64,000 bases of DNA from Alphaproteobacteria bacterium (GCA_041557595.1 JBFFGE010000003.1:1656-65655), one strand, 5' to 3'; counted from the stretch's first letter, positions 9,073-19,098 are shown. A program made the numbers and translations. Notes: generated by a model not told the origin, from the sequence alone.

Positions 9073-10806
9073 ATGGAATATGAGGCGGCGCTAAAGGCGA
9101 TTCGAAAAGGCCTGCGCTGGCCGGGCAGTCTGTCTCGCTTGGCCCGGCGTGGCAATCGCGGCCGCCTCGATCCGGCCGGGCGTATCCAGCCCGCGACGCC
9201 GCCGCCGAAAAAGCGGCGCCTGATGTCGCCCCTGACTCGGCGAATCCTGACGGTAAATGTTGTCGCCCTGCTGATCCCGATCGGCGGGCTTCTTTATGTT
9301 GGCCCCTATCGCGATACCTTGATCGACGCGGAGCTCGAATCCCTGCGCAGCCAGGGCGAAATGATCGCCGGCGCGATCGGCGAAAGCGCGATCGAGATCA
9401 CGCCGGCGGGCGGCCAGTTCATCGACCTGGAACCCGCCCGCCATATCGTCCGGCGCCTCAGCGCGGCGTCGCGCGTGCGTTCGCGGCTGTTCCTCAATTC
9501 CGGTGAAATGGTCGCGGACAGCAGCCAGCTGCTGGGTGGCCGCTGGGTCGTGCAGGTCGAGGCGCTGCCGCCGCCCCGCGAATCGAACTGGGCGCTGGAC
9601 TGGCTGATCGACAGCATCGATTTCGCCTTGGGATGGTTGTCCTACGGCGAAAAATTGGAGCCGTATCGCGAACGGGCGGACCAGCGCGCGGATGATTATC
9701 CGGAGGTGCAGCGGGCCTTTTCGGGCGAGATCATCGGCGTGGTCCGGTCCGGCGGCACCAGCGGGTACATGCTCACCGTGTCGATCCCGGTGCAGCGCTA
9801 CCGTCAGGTGATCGGCGTGCTGTTGCTGGCGAATGACGGCATCGAAATCGAGGCGTCGGTGCGCAATATCCGTCTCACTGTGCTCGCGGTGTTTGCCGGC
9901 GCGTTCGTCATCACCATCCTGCTGTCGCTCTACCTGGCGCGGACGATCGCCCAGCCGGTGCTGCGGCTTGCGGTCGCGGCGGAACGCGTGCGCCGCGGCT
10001 ATGGCACCAAGACGGAACGCATTCCCGATTTCACCAACCGGGGCGATGAAATCGGCGAGCTCTCGGGCGCCTTGCGCGAAATGACCGACGCCTTGCAGCA
10101 GCGCATGGATGCTATCGAACGATTCGCCGCCGATGTCAGCCATGAAATCAAGAATCCCCTGACCTCACTGCGCAGCGCGGTCGAAACCGCGGCCCGCGTG
10201 CCCGATACCCAGCAGCAGCGCCGCCTGATGGCGGTCATTCTGGAAGACGTGCAACGGCTCGACCGGCTGATCACCGACATTTCCAACGCGTCGCGGCTGG
10301 ATTCCGAGTTGAGCCGGGCCGAGACCGAACCGGTGGATATCGGTCGCATGCTGCAGGCTTTGGTGGATATGCACGAAACCACGCGCGGCCCGGGCACGCC
10401 CCGCTTGACGGTGCGGGTACGGAACGAGCGCGCCTTGCGGGTTCAAGGGGTCGAGGACCGGCTGGTTCAGGTGATGCGCAACCTGATCGCCAACGCACTG
10501 AGTTTCAGCCCCCCCGACGGCGAAATCGTGCTGACGGCGGCACGCATCAAGAATTATGTCGAGGTGGCCATCGAAGACAGCGGGCCCGGCATACCGGAGG
10601 CCAAGGTCAGCGCTATCTTCGACCGTTTCTATACGGAGCGCCCCAAGGGCGAAAAGTTCGGCAAGCATTCCGGGCTCGGTCTGTCCATTTCGAAACAGAT
10701 CATCGAGGCCCATGGCGGCACCATCACCGCCGAGAACCGCCATGCGGACGGCGATCCGGAGACCGTCGCGGGCGCCCGGTTCGTGGTGCGCCTGCCGGTC
10801 GTTTGA
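9073..10806 (+). CDS. chvG: sensor histidine kinase ChvG (ExoS/BvrS type)
   Basis: 577-aa ORF with two TM segments, HAMP, H-box FAADVSHEIKNPLTSL and N/G boxes. The start is uncertain; a long basic N-terminus is typical of this family. Confidence 0.88.
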   Translation: MEYEAALKAIRKGLRWPGSLSRLARRGNRGRLDPAGRIQPATPPPKKRRLMSPLTRRILTVNVVALLIPIGGLLYVGPYRDTLIDAELESLRSQGEMIAGAIGESAIEITPAGGQFIDLEPARHIVRRLSAASRVRSRLFLNSGEMVADSSQLLGGRWVVQVEALPPPRESNWALDWLIDSIDFALGWLSYGEKLEPYRERADQRADDYPEVQRAFSGEIIGVVRSGGTSGYMLTVSIPVQRYRQVIGVLLLANDGIEIEASVRNIRLTVLAVFAGAFVITILLSLYLARTIAQPVLRLAVAAERVRRGYGTKTERIPDFTNRGDEIGELSGALREMTDALQQRMDAIERFAADVSHEIKNPLTSLRSAVETAARVPDTQQQRRLMAVILEDVQRLDRLITDISNASRLDSELSRAETEPVDIGRMLQALVDMHETTRGPGTPRLTVRVRNERALRVQGVEDRLVQVMRNLIANALSFSPPDGEIVLTAARIKNYVEVAIEDSGPGIPEAKVSAIFDRFYTERPKGEKFGKHSGLGLSISKQIIEAHGGTITAENRHADGDPETVAGARFVVRLPVV

Positions 10807-10913
10807 CGGTGGCGATGGTCACGGCGGCCGGACTTGCGCCAAGGAATTAACGCTTGCATCCCTGCCCTTCCGACGGATTGACTTCATCTTCAGACGGGCT
10901 CAGGCTTTGCGGC

Positions 10914-11342
10914 ATGGAAACTGTCCACGGCACAACCGTTGCAATCGCGGGCGCGGGCGTGTTGCTGCGCGGCCCGTCGGCCAGCGGCAAATCGGATCTC
11001 GCTTTGCGCCTGATCGATGACGGCGCGATGCTTGTTGCGGACGACCGTACGGTGCTGGCGCCGGGTGACGGATCCGTGGTGGCGTCCGCGCCGCCGTCGA
11101 TCGCCGGCCGGATAGAGGTGCGCGGCCTCGGCATTGTGCCGGTCGCGGCGATCGATACGGTGCCGTTGCGGCTGGTGGTGGATTTGATCGAGCCGGAACG
11201 GGCCGAGCGCATGCCGCCGGCGCGCCATGTCGACCTGATGGGGGCGGAGCTTCCGTTGCTGCGCCTCCCCGCGTTTCATGCGTCGACCCCCTCGAAGATC
11301 AGGCTGGCCCTGCGGGTGCCGGCCGGCGAGATCATACGATGA
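10914..11342 (+). CDS. hprK: short alphaproteobacterial HPr kinase/phosphorylase (C-terminal domain only)
   Basis: METVHGT start at 10914 and P-loop GPSASGKS. ATGA overlap with rapZ. Confidence 0.85.
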   Translation: METVHGTTVAIAGAGVLLRGPSASGKSDLALRLIDDGAMLVADDRTVLAPGDGSVVASAPPSIAGRIEVRGLGIVPVAAIDTVPLRLVVDLIEPERAERMPPARHVDLMGAELPLLRLPAFHASTPSKIRLALRVPAGEIIR

Positions 11343-12262
11343 CGTCGACGGACCCGAACGCTCCCAGCGAGAATAGCCTGGTGCTGGTCACCGGCATGTC
11401 GGGCGCCGGGCGAACGACGGCGCTGAAGACCCTGGAAGATCTCGGCTACGAAGCGGTGGATAATTTGCCGCTGTCTCTGTTGGGCGGGCTCGTCCGGTCG
11501 GGTCCGGACATGGGCGGCAAGGGTCCGCGGCGGCCGCTCGCCATCGGCGTGGATATCCGCACCCGCGATTTCGGGGTCGATCCGTTTATCGATGAACTCG
11601 ATCGCTTGATCGGCGCGGCGGGACTCGACGTTCGCACCGTGTTCCTGGATTGCGACGACGACTTCCTGCTGCGCCGCTATGCGGAAACGCGTCGCCGCCA
11701 CCCGCTCGATTCCGATCGCCCGGTTCCCGAAATGATCCAGATCGAGCGGCGCTTGCTGTCGCGGTTGCGCGCCCGCGCGGATGTGGTGATCGACACGACC
11801 GGCATGTCGCCCTGGAATCTGCGGGAACGTTTGCGCGATCAATTCATCGGCGATGGCGGCGTCGGCATGAGCCTGTTCGTGACCTCGTTCGGGTTCCGCT
11901 TCGGTGTGCCGCGCGAGGCGGATTTGGTGTTCGACGTCCGGTTCCTCAACAATCCGCACTACGATCCGGCGTTGCGCGACCTCACGGGCCAAGACCGCGC
12001 GGTCCAGGAAGCGGTCGCGGCCGACCGGGATTTCGAAGGGTATTTCGGTGCGGTAACCGGCCTGCTGAAGATCTCTCTGCCGCGCTATGCGGAGGAAGGC
12101 AAGAGCTACCTGACGATTGCCATCGGGTGCACCGGCGGGCGGCATCGCAGCGTCTTCGTGGCGACGCGCCTTGCGGAATGGCTATCCGCCAACGGCTGGA
12201 GGGTCGGCGTTTCCCATCGCGATATCGACGGCGGCACCGATAGAATTGTGAGCCCGACATGA
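11339..12262 (+). CDS. rapZ: RNase adapter / P-loop ATPase RapZ
   Basis: 307 aa with Walker A VTGMSGAGRTTA and C-terminal CTGGRHRSV motif. Confidence 0.9.
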   Translation: MTSTDPNAPSENSLVLVTGMSGAGRTTALKTLEDLGYEAVDNLPLSLLGGLVRSGPDMGGKGPRRPLAIGVDIRTRDFGVDPFIDELDRLIGAAGLDVRTVFLDCDDDFLLRRYAETRRRHPLDSDRPVPEMIQIERRLLSRLRARADVVIDTTGMSPWNLRERLRDQFIGDGGVGMSLFVTSFGFRFGVPREADLVFDVRFLNNPHYDPALRDLTGQDRAVQEAVAADRDFEGYFGAVTGLLKISLPRYAEEGKSYLTIAIGCTGGRHRSVFVATRLAEWLSANGWRVGVSHRDIDGGTDRIVSPT

Positions 12263-12299
12263 TACAACAGCGGCAAGGTTCTCTCGTGGAGTGCGGGGC

Positions 12300-12731
12300 A
12301 TGATCGGCATCGTTCTCGTGACGCATGGCGACCTGGCGGCGGAATTTCTGTCGGCGCTCGAGCATATCGTCGGCGCGCAGCGCAACGTGATGACCGTGTG
12401 CATCGGCGCCGATGACGATTTGGAGCAGCGCCGGGCGGATATTCTCGACTCGATCACCAGGGCCGATGACGGCGCCGGCGTGGTGCTGCTGACCGATATG
12501 TTCGGCGGCACGCCCTGCAATCTGGCGATTTCGGTGATGGATCAGGCGCAAGTCGAAGTGATTGCGGGGGTAAACCTGCCCATGCTGGTGCGGTTGGCGT
12601 CGATTCGCGACCGGTTGCCGCTGGCCGAGGCGGTCATCAGCGCCCAGGAAGCCGGGCGGAAATACATCAATGTGGCGTCCCGGTTGCTTGCGGAGCAGGC
12701 TGCGCCGGGATCGACGGGGGCAGATGGTTGA
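12300..12731 (+). CDS. PTS EIIA component, mannose family
   Basis: MIGIVLVTHGDLAAEF carries the phosphorylatable His in the VTHG context. Conserved position after hprK/rapZ. Confidence 0.85.
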   Translation: MIGIVLVTHGDLAAEFLSALEHIVGAQRNVMTVCIGADDDLEQRRADILDSITRADDGAGVVLLTDMFGGTPCNLAISVMDQAQVEVIAGVNLPMLVRLASIRDRLPLAEAVISAQEAGRKYINVASRLLAEQAAPGSTGADG

Positions 12732-12990
12732 AGCGACTTTCGAAATTACCAACCGGCGGGGCCTGCACGCGCGGGCAGCGGCGAAATTCGCCCAACTGGC
12801 CGGCATGTTCGACGCCAAGATCACCGTCTCGAAAGATGGAGCCACGGTTTCCGGGGAGTCGATCATGGGCTTGATGATGCTGTCGGCGGCAACCGGAAGC
12901 TCGATCCTGGTGCAGGCGGAGGGGGATGGCGCGCAGGCGGCGCTCGACGCGTTGGAAACACTCGTCGCGGGCGGGTTCGACGAGGACTGA
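12724..12990 (+). CDS. ptsH: HPr-family phosphocarrier protein
   Basis: 88 aa. Active-site GLHARAA (His15 equivalent) and ESIMGLMML (Ser46 equivalent). 8-nt overlap with the EIIA gene. Confidence 0.9.
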   Translation: MVEATFEITNRRGLHARAAAKFAQLAGMFDAKITVSKDGATVSGESIMGLMMLSAATGSSILVQAEGDGAQAALDALETLVAGGFDED

Positions 12991-13117
12991 TCCGATTGGC
13001 TATGGCCCGTTTGCATCCTTGTCGCTAGCGGACGCCGCTGTTATACCCCGCCCTGAGAGCGCCTGAAATTTTGGCTGGCGCAGTACCAGACCCGCTTGAT
13101 CCCCGAGGAAAAGACAT

Positions 13118-14413
13118 ATGACCGCCGCACAAGACTTTAAGGTTGCCGACTCCGATCTGGCCGACTGGGGCCGCAAGGAAATCGCCATCGCCGAGACCGA
13201 GATGCCGGGCCTGATGGCGTTGCGCGAGGAATTCGGCGCCGAACAGCCGCTGAAAGACGCGCGGATCGCCGGCTGTCTGCATATGACGATTCAGACGGCG
13301 GTGCTGATCGAAACCCTGACGGCGCTCGGCGCCGAGGTGCGCTGGTCTTCCTGCAATATTTTCTCGACCCAGGATCAGGCGGCCGCGGCGATCGCGGCGA
13401 CCGGCGTTCCGGTCTTCGCCTGGAAAGGCATGAGCGAAGAGGAATTCTGGTGGGCGATCGATCAGACGATCGAGGGACCGAACGGTTGGCGGCCGAACAT
13501 CTTGCTCGACGACGGCGGCGATCTGACCAAGGTCATGCACGAGAAATTCGCCCCTTTGATGAAGGATGTGGTCGGCCTGTCGGAGGAAACGACGACTGGC
13601 GTCCACCGTCTCTATGAAATGGAGCGGGACGGGTCGCTCGCGGTGCCGGCGATCAACGTCAACGACTCGGTGACCAAATCGAAATTCGACAATTTATATG
13701 GCTGCCGGGAAAGCCTGGTGGACGGGATCAAGCGTGCGACCGACGTCATGATCGCCGGCAAGATCGCCGTGGTGTGCGGCTATGGCGATGTGGGCAAGGG
13801 ATCCGCGGCCTCGCTTCGTGGCCTGGGCGCCCGTGTCCTGATCACCGAGATCGATCCGATTTGCGCGCTGCAGGCGGCCATGGAGGGGTACGAAGTCGTG
13901 ACCATGGAGGACGCCGCGGCGCTCGGCGATATCTTCGTGACGACGACGGGCAATGTGGATGTGATCACCATCGAGCACATGCGGCAAATGAAGGACCGGG
14001 CGATCGTCAGCAATATCGGGCATTTCGATTCCGAGATTCAGATCGAGGCGCTGCGCAATTATCCCTGGCACAACGTCAAGCCGCAGGTCGACGAGATCGA
14101 GTTTCCCGACGGTAAGCGGTTGATCGTCCTGGCCGAGGGACGGTTGGTCAATCTCGGTTGCGCCACCGGCCACCCGAGCTTCGTGATGTCGGCGTCCTTC
14201 ACCAATCAGGTGCTGGCGCAAATCGAATTGTGGCGCAATTCGAAGAATTACGAGAAGAAGGTCTATGTCCTGCCCAAGCATCTCGACGAAAAGGTCGCGG
14301 CGCTGCACCTCGAAAAACTGGGGGTCAAGCTCACCACCCTGACGAAGACCCAGGCCGAGTATCTTGGCATGTCGCCGGCCGGACCCTTCAAGCCGGATTA
14401 CTACCGCTACTGA
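13118..14413 (+). CDS. ahcY: adenosylhomocysteinase
   Basis: 431 aa with NAD-binding loop [11 protein letters not shown] and C-terminal PFKPDYYRY. Confidence 0.97.
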   Translation: MTAAQDFKVADSDLADWGRKEIAIAETEMPGLMALREEFGAEQPLKDARIAGCLHMTIQTAVLIETLTALGAEVRWSSCNIFSTQDQAAAAIAATGVPVFAWKGMSEEEFWWAIDQTIEGPNGWRPNILLDDGGDLTKVMHEKFAPLMKDVVGLSEETTTGVHRLYEMERDGSLAVPAINVNDSVTKSKFDNLYGCRESLVDGIKRATDVMIAGKIAVVCGYGDVGKGSAASLRGLGARVLITEIDPICALQAAMEGYEVVTMEDAAALGDIFVTTTGNVDVITIEHMRQMKDRAIVSNIGHFDSEIQIEALRNYPWHNVKPQVDEIEFPDGKRLIVLAEGRLVNLGCATGHPSFVMSASFTNQVLAQIELWRNSKNYEKKVYVLPKHLDEKVAALHLEKLGVKLTTLTKTQAEYLGMSPAGPFKPDYYRY

Positions 14414-14488
14414 CCCAATTCCGGGCGCGCGGAGGTCGCGGTTGCGCTTGTGGGTCAAGGACATGCTGCCTAGACTGCGCCGCGTGAC

Positions 14489-14761
14489 TAGCCCGCACTT
14501 CTCATACTCTGCGCGGTCTGCGTCGCGTCCAGGCGGTTGCTCCGCCAGGAGCGGGCCGAAAAGCGTAGCCCATGCTACGGTTGAGGGCCGCGACGCCGCG
14601 GACGGCCGCCTGGGCGCGACCCTGCGGGCGGCGCCGTCGCGCCCCCCGACAGGATGCGTCAAGCCGCTTGCCCGATGCCCCGCATCGCGCTGCACGGCTT
14701 TCCTGCCCTGTCGGGGCGACGGCGCCGCGCAGGCCACGGAGAGTAGGAGAAGTGCGGGCTA
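14489..14761. mobile_element. MITE-like non-coding element: 269-bp body with about 32-bp imperfect terminal inverted repeats, flanked by TA on both sides
   Basis: Left arm 14491-14522 (GCCCGCACTTCTCATACTCTGCGCGGTCTGCG) matches the reverse complement of 14728-14759 at 28 of 32 positions by hand alignment. TA is present at 14489-14490 and 14760-14761. Nested internal inverted repeats lie at 14631-14653/14707-14725, 14673-14687 and 14564-14579. Confidence 0.45.
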
Positions 14762-16827
14762 GAGCGCCAATCGCACTCATGGCCATCTGTCTTTGGATGG
14801 GCCCCATCGCGATCCGTCCCGGCCTTGCGGCGGATGCCGGCATGGCTGCCCCGCTCGGCGCGCTGGGGTTCATCGTCGCGGGGCTGCTGCTGGCGGTCTA
14901 CCTGTTGTGGCGCCGCCTCCAGGCCGCCAAGGCGCGGCTCGAGGGAATGGAGCGGCGCACTGTCAAGCTCAACGACGACCTCGAGCGGCAATGGGCCGCC
15001 ACCGCGCATCTCCAATCCGTGCTCGACGCGCTCCCGTTTCCGGTCTGGTGGCGCGGGCCGGACCTGTCGATCGACGGGCGGAACAGCGCCGCCGCGGCGC
15101 TCATCGATCCGCCGCCCCTGATCGAGCCGCGGATAGCGGCGCGGGCGCTCAAGGCCGGTGCGGCGCAATCGGAAAGCCGGCACTTCATCATGGACGGCGA
15201 ACGGCGGCTCCTGGAATTGACCGAGTCGATTATTGGGCCGGACACCGGGCCGGGCGCCGCCGGGACGGTCGGTCATGCCGCCGATGTGACGACGCTGGAG
15301 CGGGTGCAGACCGATCTCGCCGAACATGTCGCGGCGCATGACGAGGTTCTGGAGCGGCTGGCTGCCGCGATCGCGGTGTTCGGTCCCGACCGCCGGCTCA
15401 AGTTTTTCAACACCGCGTTTACCCGGCTCTGGCGCATCGATGCGTCGCATATCCACGACGAGCCGACCTATAGCGAGCTGCTGGATATCCTGCGCGATTT
15501 GCGCCGGCTGCCGGAGATCGTCGATTTTCCGATGTACAAGCAAGAACAGGATTTGCTTTTCACATCGCTGATCGACCCGACCGAATCCATGTTGCACTTG
15601 CCGGACAATCGGACGCTTCGGCTGGTCACCGCGCCGCATCCCTTCGGCGGCTTGCTGTTCGTGTATGAGGACGTCACCGACCGCTTGGCGCTCGAGCGGT
15701 CGTACAACACCCTGATCGCGGTGCAGCGGGAAACGCTGAACAATTTCCACGAGGCCGTGGCGGTCTACGGCGCGGACGGCCGGCTGCGGCTTTGGAACCC
15801 CGCTCTGGTCCGGCATTGGCGTTTCAATGAATTCGATCTGCAGGGCGAACCCAGAATCGGCGAATTGCTCGACAAGGTGCGGCATTATTTCAAGCCCGGC
15901 ACGGATTGGGCATGGCTGCGGGAAAAACTGGTTCTCCAGGTGACCGAACCGAAGCCGCTGAGCGGCCGCCTGGAGCGCACCAACGGCACGACGCTGCAAT
16001 ACACCATAGTGCCCTTGCCGGATGGCGGCTGTCTGGTGACCTATCTCGATGTCACCGATAGCATCCGCGTCCAGCGCGTGCTCGAGGACCGCTATGCCGC
16101 CCTCGAGCAGGCGGATAAATTGAAGACCGAGTTTATCGCGCGCATGAGTTACGAATTGCGGACGCCGCTCAACTCGATCCAGGGCTTTACCGAGTTGCTG
16201 TTACGCGACGAGGCGGTCGACGGCCTTTCCAGTCGGCAGCAGGAATATCTCGACGATATCGGCACCGCGGCCGGCCAGCTTCTGGCCATGATCAACAACG
16301 TGCTCGACTATGCGGCAATCGAAGCGGGGTATTTGGAAATCAAACGCCAGCCGACCGATCTGGAACCGTTGCTGCAGGATGAGGTAAAGCGCGCGCTGCC
16401 GGCGGCGGATGCGCGCGGACTGACCTTGACCCTGGAATGCGCGGCCGAGATCGGTTCCGTTATGCTCGACCCAAGCCGCTTTCGCCAGGTCGTCCGCAAT
16501 TTGTTGTCGAACGCCATGAAATTCACCCCGGCCGGGGGTGCGGTCGCGATCTCTGCGCTGCGCGACGACGGCGACATGGTGCTTTCCATTTCCGACACGG
16601 GGATCGGTTTCGACGACAGCAGCGGCGACCGCCTGTTGAAGCGTTTCGAGGTCGGCGAGGGGCCGGTGCGCGGCGCCGGCGTCGGTCTCGGTCTGGCGCT
16701 GGTCCGCAGCCTGGTCGAGCTGCACGGGGGCACGACCAGCTTGTCGTCGAAGGCCGGCGACGGGACCGTCGCAACATGCCGCATCCCGATCGGCCGGCCG
16801 GACCGGCAACTCGCGACGACGCGTTAG
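14752..16827 (+). CDS. divL: DivL-type PAS sensor kinase homologue (phospho-acceptor His replaced by Tyr)
   Basis: The ORF is open from 14572, but its first roughly 60 codons lie inside the repeat element. GTG 14752 or ATG 14779 precede the TM segment. Multiple PAS-like repeats are present. The DHp box reads MSYELRTPLN, with TAC at 16150-16152. N, G1 and G2 boxes are present. Confidence 0.75.
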   Translation: MRARAPIALMAICLWMGPIAIRPGLAADAGMAAPLGALGFIVAGLLLAVYLLWRRLQAAKARLEGMERRTVKLNDDLERQWAATAHLQSVLDALPFPVWWRGPDLSIDGRNSAAAALIDPPPLIEPRIAARALKAGAAQSESRHFIMDGERRLLELTESIIGPDTGPGAAGTVGHAADVTTLERVQTDLAEHVAAHDEVLERLAAAIAVFGPDRRLKFFNTAFTRLWRIDASHIHDEPTYSELLDILRDLRRLPEIVDFPMYKQEQDLLFTSLIDPTESMLHLPDNRTLRLVTAPHPFGGLLFVYEDVTDRLALERSYNTLIAVQRETLNNFHEAVAVYGADGRLRLWNPALVRHWRFNEFDLQGEPRIGELLDKVRHYFKPGTDWAWLREKLVLQVTEPKPLSGRLERTNGTTLQYTIVPLPDGGCLVTYLDVTDSIRVQRVLEDRYAALEQADKLKTEFIARMSYELRTPLNSIQGFTELLLRDEAVDGLSSRQQEYLDDIGTAAGQLLAMINNVLDYAAIEAGYLEIKRQPTDLEPLLQDEVKRALPAADARGLTLTLECAAEIGSVMLDPSRFRQVVRNLLSNAMKFTPAGGAVAISALRDDGDMVLSISDTGIGFDDSSGDRLLKRFEVGEGPVRGAGVGLGLALVRSLVELHGGTTSLSSKAGDGTVATCRIPIGRPDRQLATTR

Positions 16828-17385
16828 ATGCTTTCATCCGCACGGGCCCGGATGATAAAATCATCCTCCATGAATACGCCAGCGCAGGGCCGACCTTGCG
16901 TGTCGCTCCGTGTCGCTTCGGAGGCGGACACCGTACAGATTGCCGAATCCGTGGCGTCGATTGCCCGGCGCGGCGACATTATCGCCCTGTCGGGCGGGCT
17001 CGGGTCGGGCAAGACCGCTTTCGCCCGCGGATTCATCCGGGCGCTCGCCGGCCGCGAAGAGGAGGTGCCGAGCCCGACATTCACGCTGCTGCAAATCTAT
17101 GATGCGGCGCCGACGCCGATCTACCATTTCGATCTGTACCGTATCGAGGCGCCGTCGGAAGTCTGGGAGCTGGGCTTCGACGAAGCGCCGTCGGACGGTA
17201 TCGTCCTGATCGAATGGCCGGAACGGCTCGGCGCGCTTATGCACGCCGACCGTCTCGAGATTACGATCTCGATACCGGCGGGCGCCGGAGAGACGGAGCG
17301 CTGCATCGCTATCGCCGCGGGCGCGTCGTGGGTCGATCGCCTCGGCATCGTGGAGGCCGCGATGCGGTGCGGTCGCGATGACTGA
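16828..17385 (+). CDS. tsaE: tRNA t6A37 biosynthesis ATPase TsaE
   Basis: P-loop LSGGLGSGKTAFARG and the HFDLYR motif. The start is uncertain (ATG 16828, 16852 or 16870). ATG 16828 directly abuts the divL stop. Confidence 0.85.
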   Translation: MLSSARARMIKSSSMNTPAQGRPCVSLRVASEADTVQIAESVASIARRGDIIALSGGLGSGKTAFARGFIRALAGREEEVPSPTFTLLQIYDAAPTPIYHFDLYRIEAPSEVWELGFDEAPSDGIVLIEWPERLGALMHADRLEITISIPAGAGETERCIAIAAGASWVDRLGIVEAAMRCGRDD

Positions 17386-18388
17386 CCGCAATCAGGCAAT
17401 CGCCGACTTCCTGGCGGCGCAGGGTTGGGGCGACGCGCGGCGCGATCCGTTGGCCGCCGATGCGTCGTTCCGGCGATACGAGCGATTGTGGCGCGGCGCC
17501 GACCGCATGCTGCTGATGGATGCGCCGCCGCCGCAGGAAGATGTCCGCCCCTTCGTCGCCATTGCGGACCACCTCCACCGCCTCGGCCTGAGCGCGCCCC
17601 GCATCCGGGCTGCGGACACGCGCGCCGGGTTGTTGCTGCTGGAGGATCTGGGGGACGATACCTATACGCGGCTGATCGCGGCGGGGCGCGAGGAGGCGCC
17701 GCTCTACGAACTGGCGATCGACGTGTTGGCGGAATTGCACCGGCGGTTCGATCCGGACGCGGCGCAGGACGTGCCGCCCTATGACGACGCCCGGCTGCTG
17801 GACGAAGCCGCTTTGCTGGTCGATTGGTATCTGCCGGCGATCCGGAACGCGCCGACCGCAGACGCATTGCGCGACGAATATCTGGCGCTCTGGCGCGAAG
17901 CCCTGTCCTCCGCGCGCGCCGTGCCGGCGACGCTGGTGTTGCGGGACTACCATGTGGACAACCTCATGCTGCTGGACGGCCGATCCGGCATCGCGGCCTG
18001 CGGGCTACTCGACTTCCAGGATGCGGTGATCGGCCCGGTCAGCTATGACGTGGTGTCGTTGTGCGAAGATGCCCGGCGCGATGTGCCGCCCGCCCTGACC
18101 CGGCGCCTGCTCGACCGGTATTTCGACGCGATGCCGGATCTCGACCGGGATGCCTTCCGGGCGTCTTATGCGGTGATGGGGGCGCAGCGCAGCGCCAAGA
18201 TCCTGGGTATCTTCACCCGCCTCGACCGGCGCGACGGCAAGCCGGTGTACCTGAAGCACATCGGGCGCGTGTGGCGATGGCTGGCGGGCAATTTGGCGCA
18301 TCCGGCCCTGTCCGGCGTGCGGGCATGGTTCGACCGTGAAATACCAATCGGCGATCGCGTCGCGCCGCTGCCGGGAGGATCCGAATGA
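17378..18388 (+). CDS. amgK: aminoglycoside-phosphotransferase-fold kinase, AmgK-like (anomeric MurNAc/GlcNAc kinase)
   Basis: 336 aa with catalytic loop LRDYHVDNLMLL. Conserved pairing with the downstream MurU-like gene. Confidence 0.75.
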   Translation: MTDRNQAIADFLAAQGWGDARRDPLAADASFRRYERLWRGADRMLLMDAPPPQEDVRPFVAIADHLHRLGLSAPRIRAADTRAGLLLLEDLGDDTYTRLIAAGREEAPLYELAIDVLAELHRRFDPDAAQDVPPYDDARLLDEAALLVDWYLPAIRNAPTADALRDEYLALWREALSSARAVPATLVLRDYHVDNLMLLDGRSGIAACGLLDFQDAVIGPVSYDVVSLCEDARRDVPPALTRRLLDRYFDAMPDLDRDAFRASYAVMGAQRSAKILGIFTRLDRRDGKPVYLKHIGRVWRWLAGNLAHPALSGVRAWFDREIPIGDRVAPLPGGSE

Positions 18389-19098
18389 CGGCGATACGAA
18401 GCGCAATGGTGCTCTCGGCGGGGCTTGGCCTTCGCATGCGGCCGCTCACCGAAACCCGCCCGAAACCGCTCGTGGAATTGCAGGGGCGCGCGCTGTTGGA
18501 TCATGCGCTCGACCGGCTGCGTGCCGCGGGCGTGGCGCGCCTCGTGGTCAACACGCATTACAAGGCGGAGATGATCGAGCGCCATCTGGCCGGACAGCCC
18601 GATGTCCGCCTGTCGTTCGAGCCGGATCGGCTCGAGACCGGCGGCGGCGTGAGCCGGGCGCTTCCCTTGCTGGGCGAGGATCCGTTCTTCGTCGTCAACA
18701 GCGACGCAGTGTGGCGCGATGGCCCGGAACCGGCGCTGGACCGCCTCGCGGCGGCCTGGGACGGCGCGGCGATGGACGCGCTGCTGTTGCTGCAGCCGAC
18801 GGGCCGCGCGGTCGGATACGCCGGCGCCGGCGATTACGATTGTTCGGCCGACGGCCGGATCCTGCGGCGCGGCAAGGACGCGACCGGCGGCTATGTGTTC
18901 GCCGGCGTGCAAGTGCTTCATCCGCGGCTGTTCGCCGGCGCGCCGGACGGGGCGTTCTCGTTGAACGTGCTGTTTGACCGGGCGCAGGCGGAAGGGCGCT
19001 TGCATGGATTGCCGCATGACGGCGCGTGGTATCACGTCGGCACGCCGGAGGATCTCATCCGCGCCGAGGACGCCATGGCGGACGGCACCGGACCATGA
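18385..19098 (+). CDS. murU: nucleotidyltransferase, MurU-like (MurNAc-1-P uridylyltransferase)
   Basis: 237 aa with N-terminal MVLSAGLGLRMRPLT signature. ATGA overlaps on both sides. Confidence 0.75.
   Translation: MTAIRSAMVLSAGLGLRMRPLTETRPKPLVELQGRALLDHALDRLRAAGVARLVVNTHYKAEMIERHLAGQPDVRLSFEPDRLETGGGVSRALPLLGEDPFFVVNSDAVWRDGPEPALDRLAAAWDGAAMDALLLLQPTGRAVGYAGAGDYDCSADGRILRRGKDATGGYVFAGVQVLHPRLFAGAPDGAFSLNVLFDRAQAEGRLHGLPHDGAWYHVGTPEDLIRAEDAMADGTGP

Noticed and set aside
12991-13117. Possible SAH riboswitch upstream of ahcY.
   Set aside because: Only a small GCGCC...GGCGC hairpin is visible. I cannot find the conserved SAH-riboswitch core or pseudoknot by eye, and that class is mainly known from beta/gamma-proteobacteria. 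An Infernal scan would be needed, so it is not reported as a feature.
14572-14751. N-terminal 60 codons of the 751-aa ORF (MLRLRAATPRTAAW...) as part of the DivL protein.
   Set aside because: This stretch is encoded by the inverted-repeat element and is Arg/Ala/Pro-rich junk. The first TM segment and plausible starts (GTG 14752, ATG 14779) lie at or after the right repeat arm.
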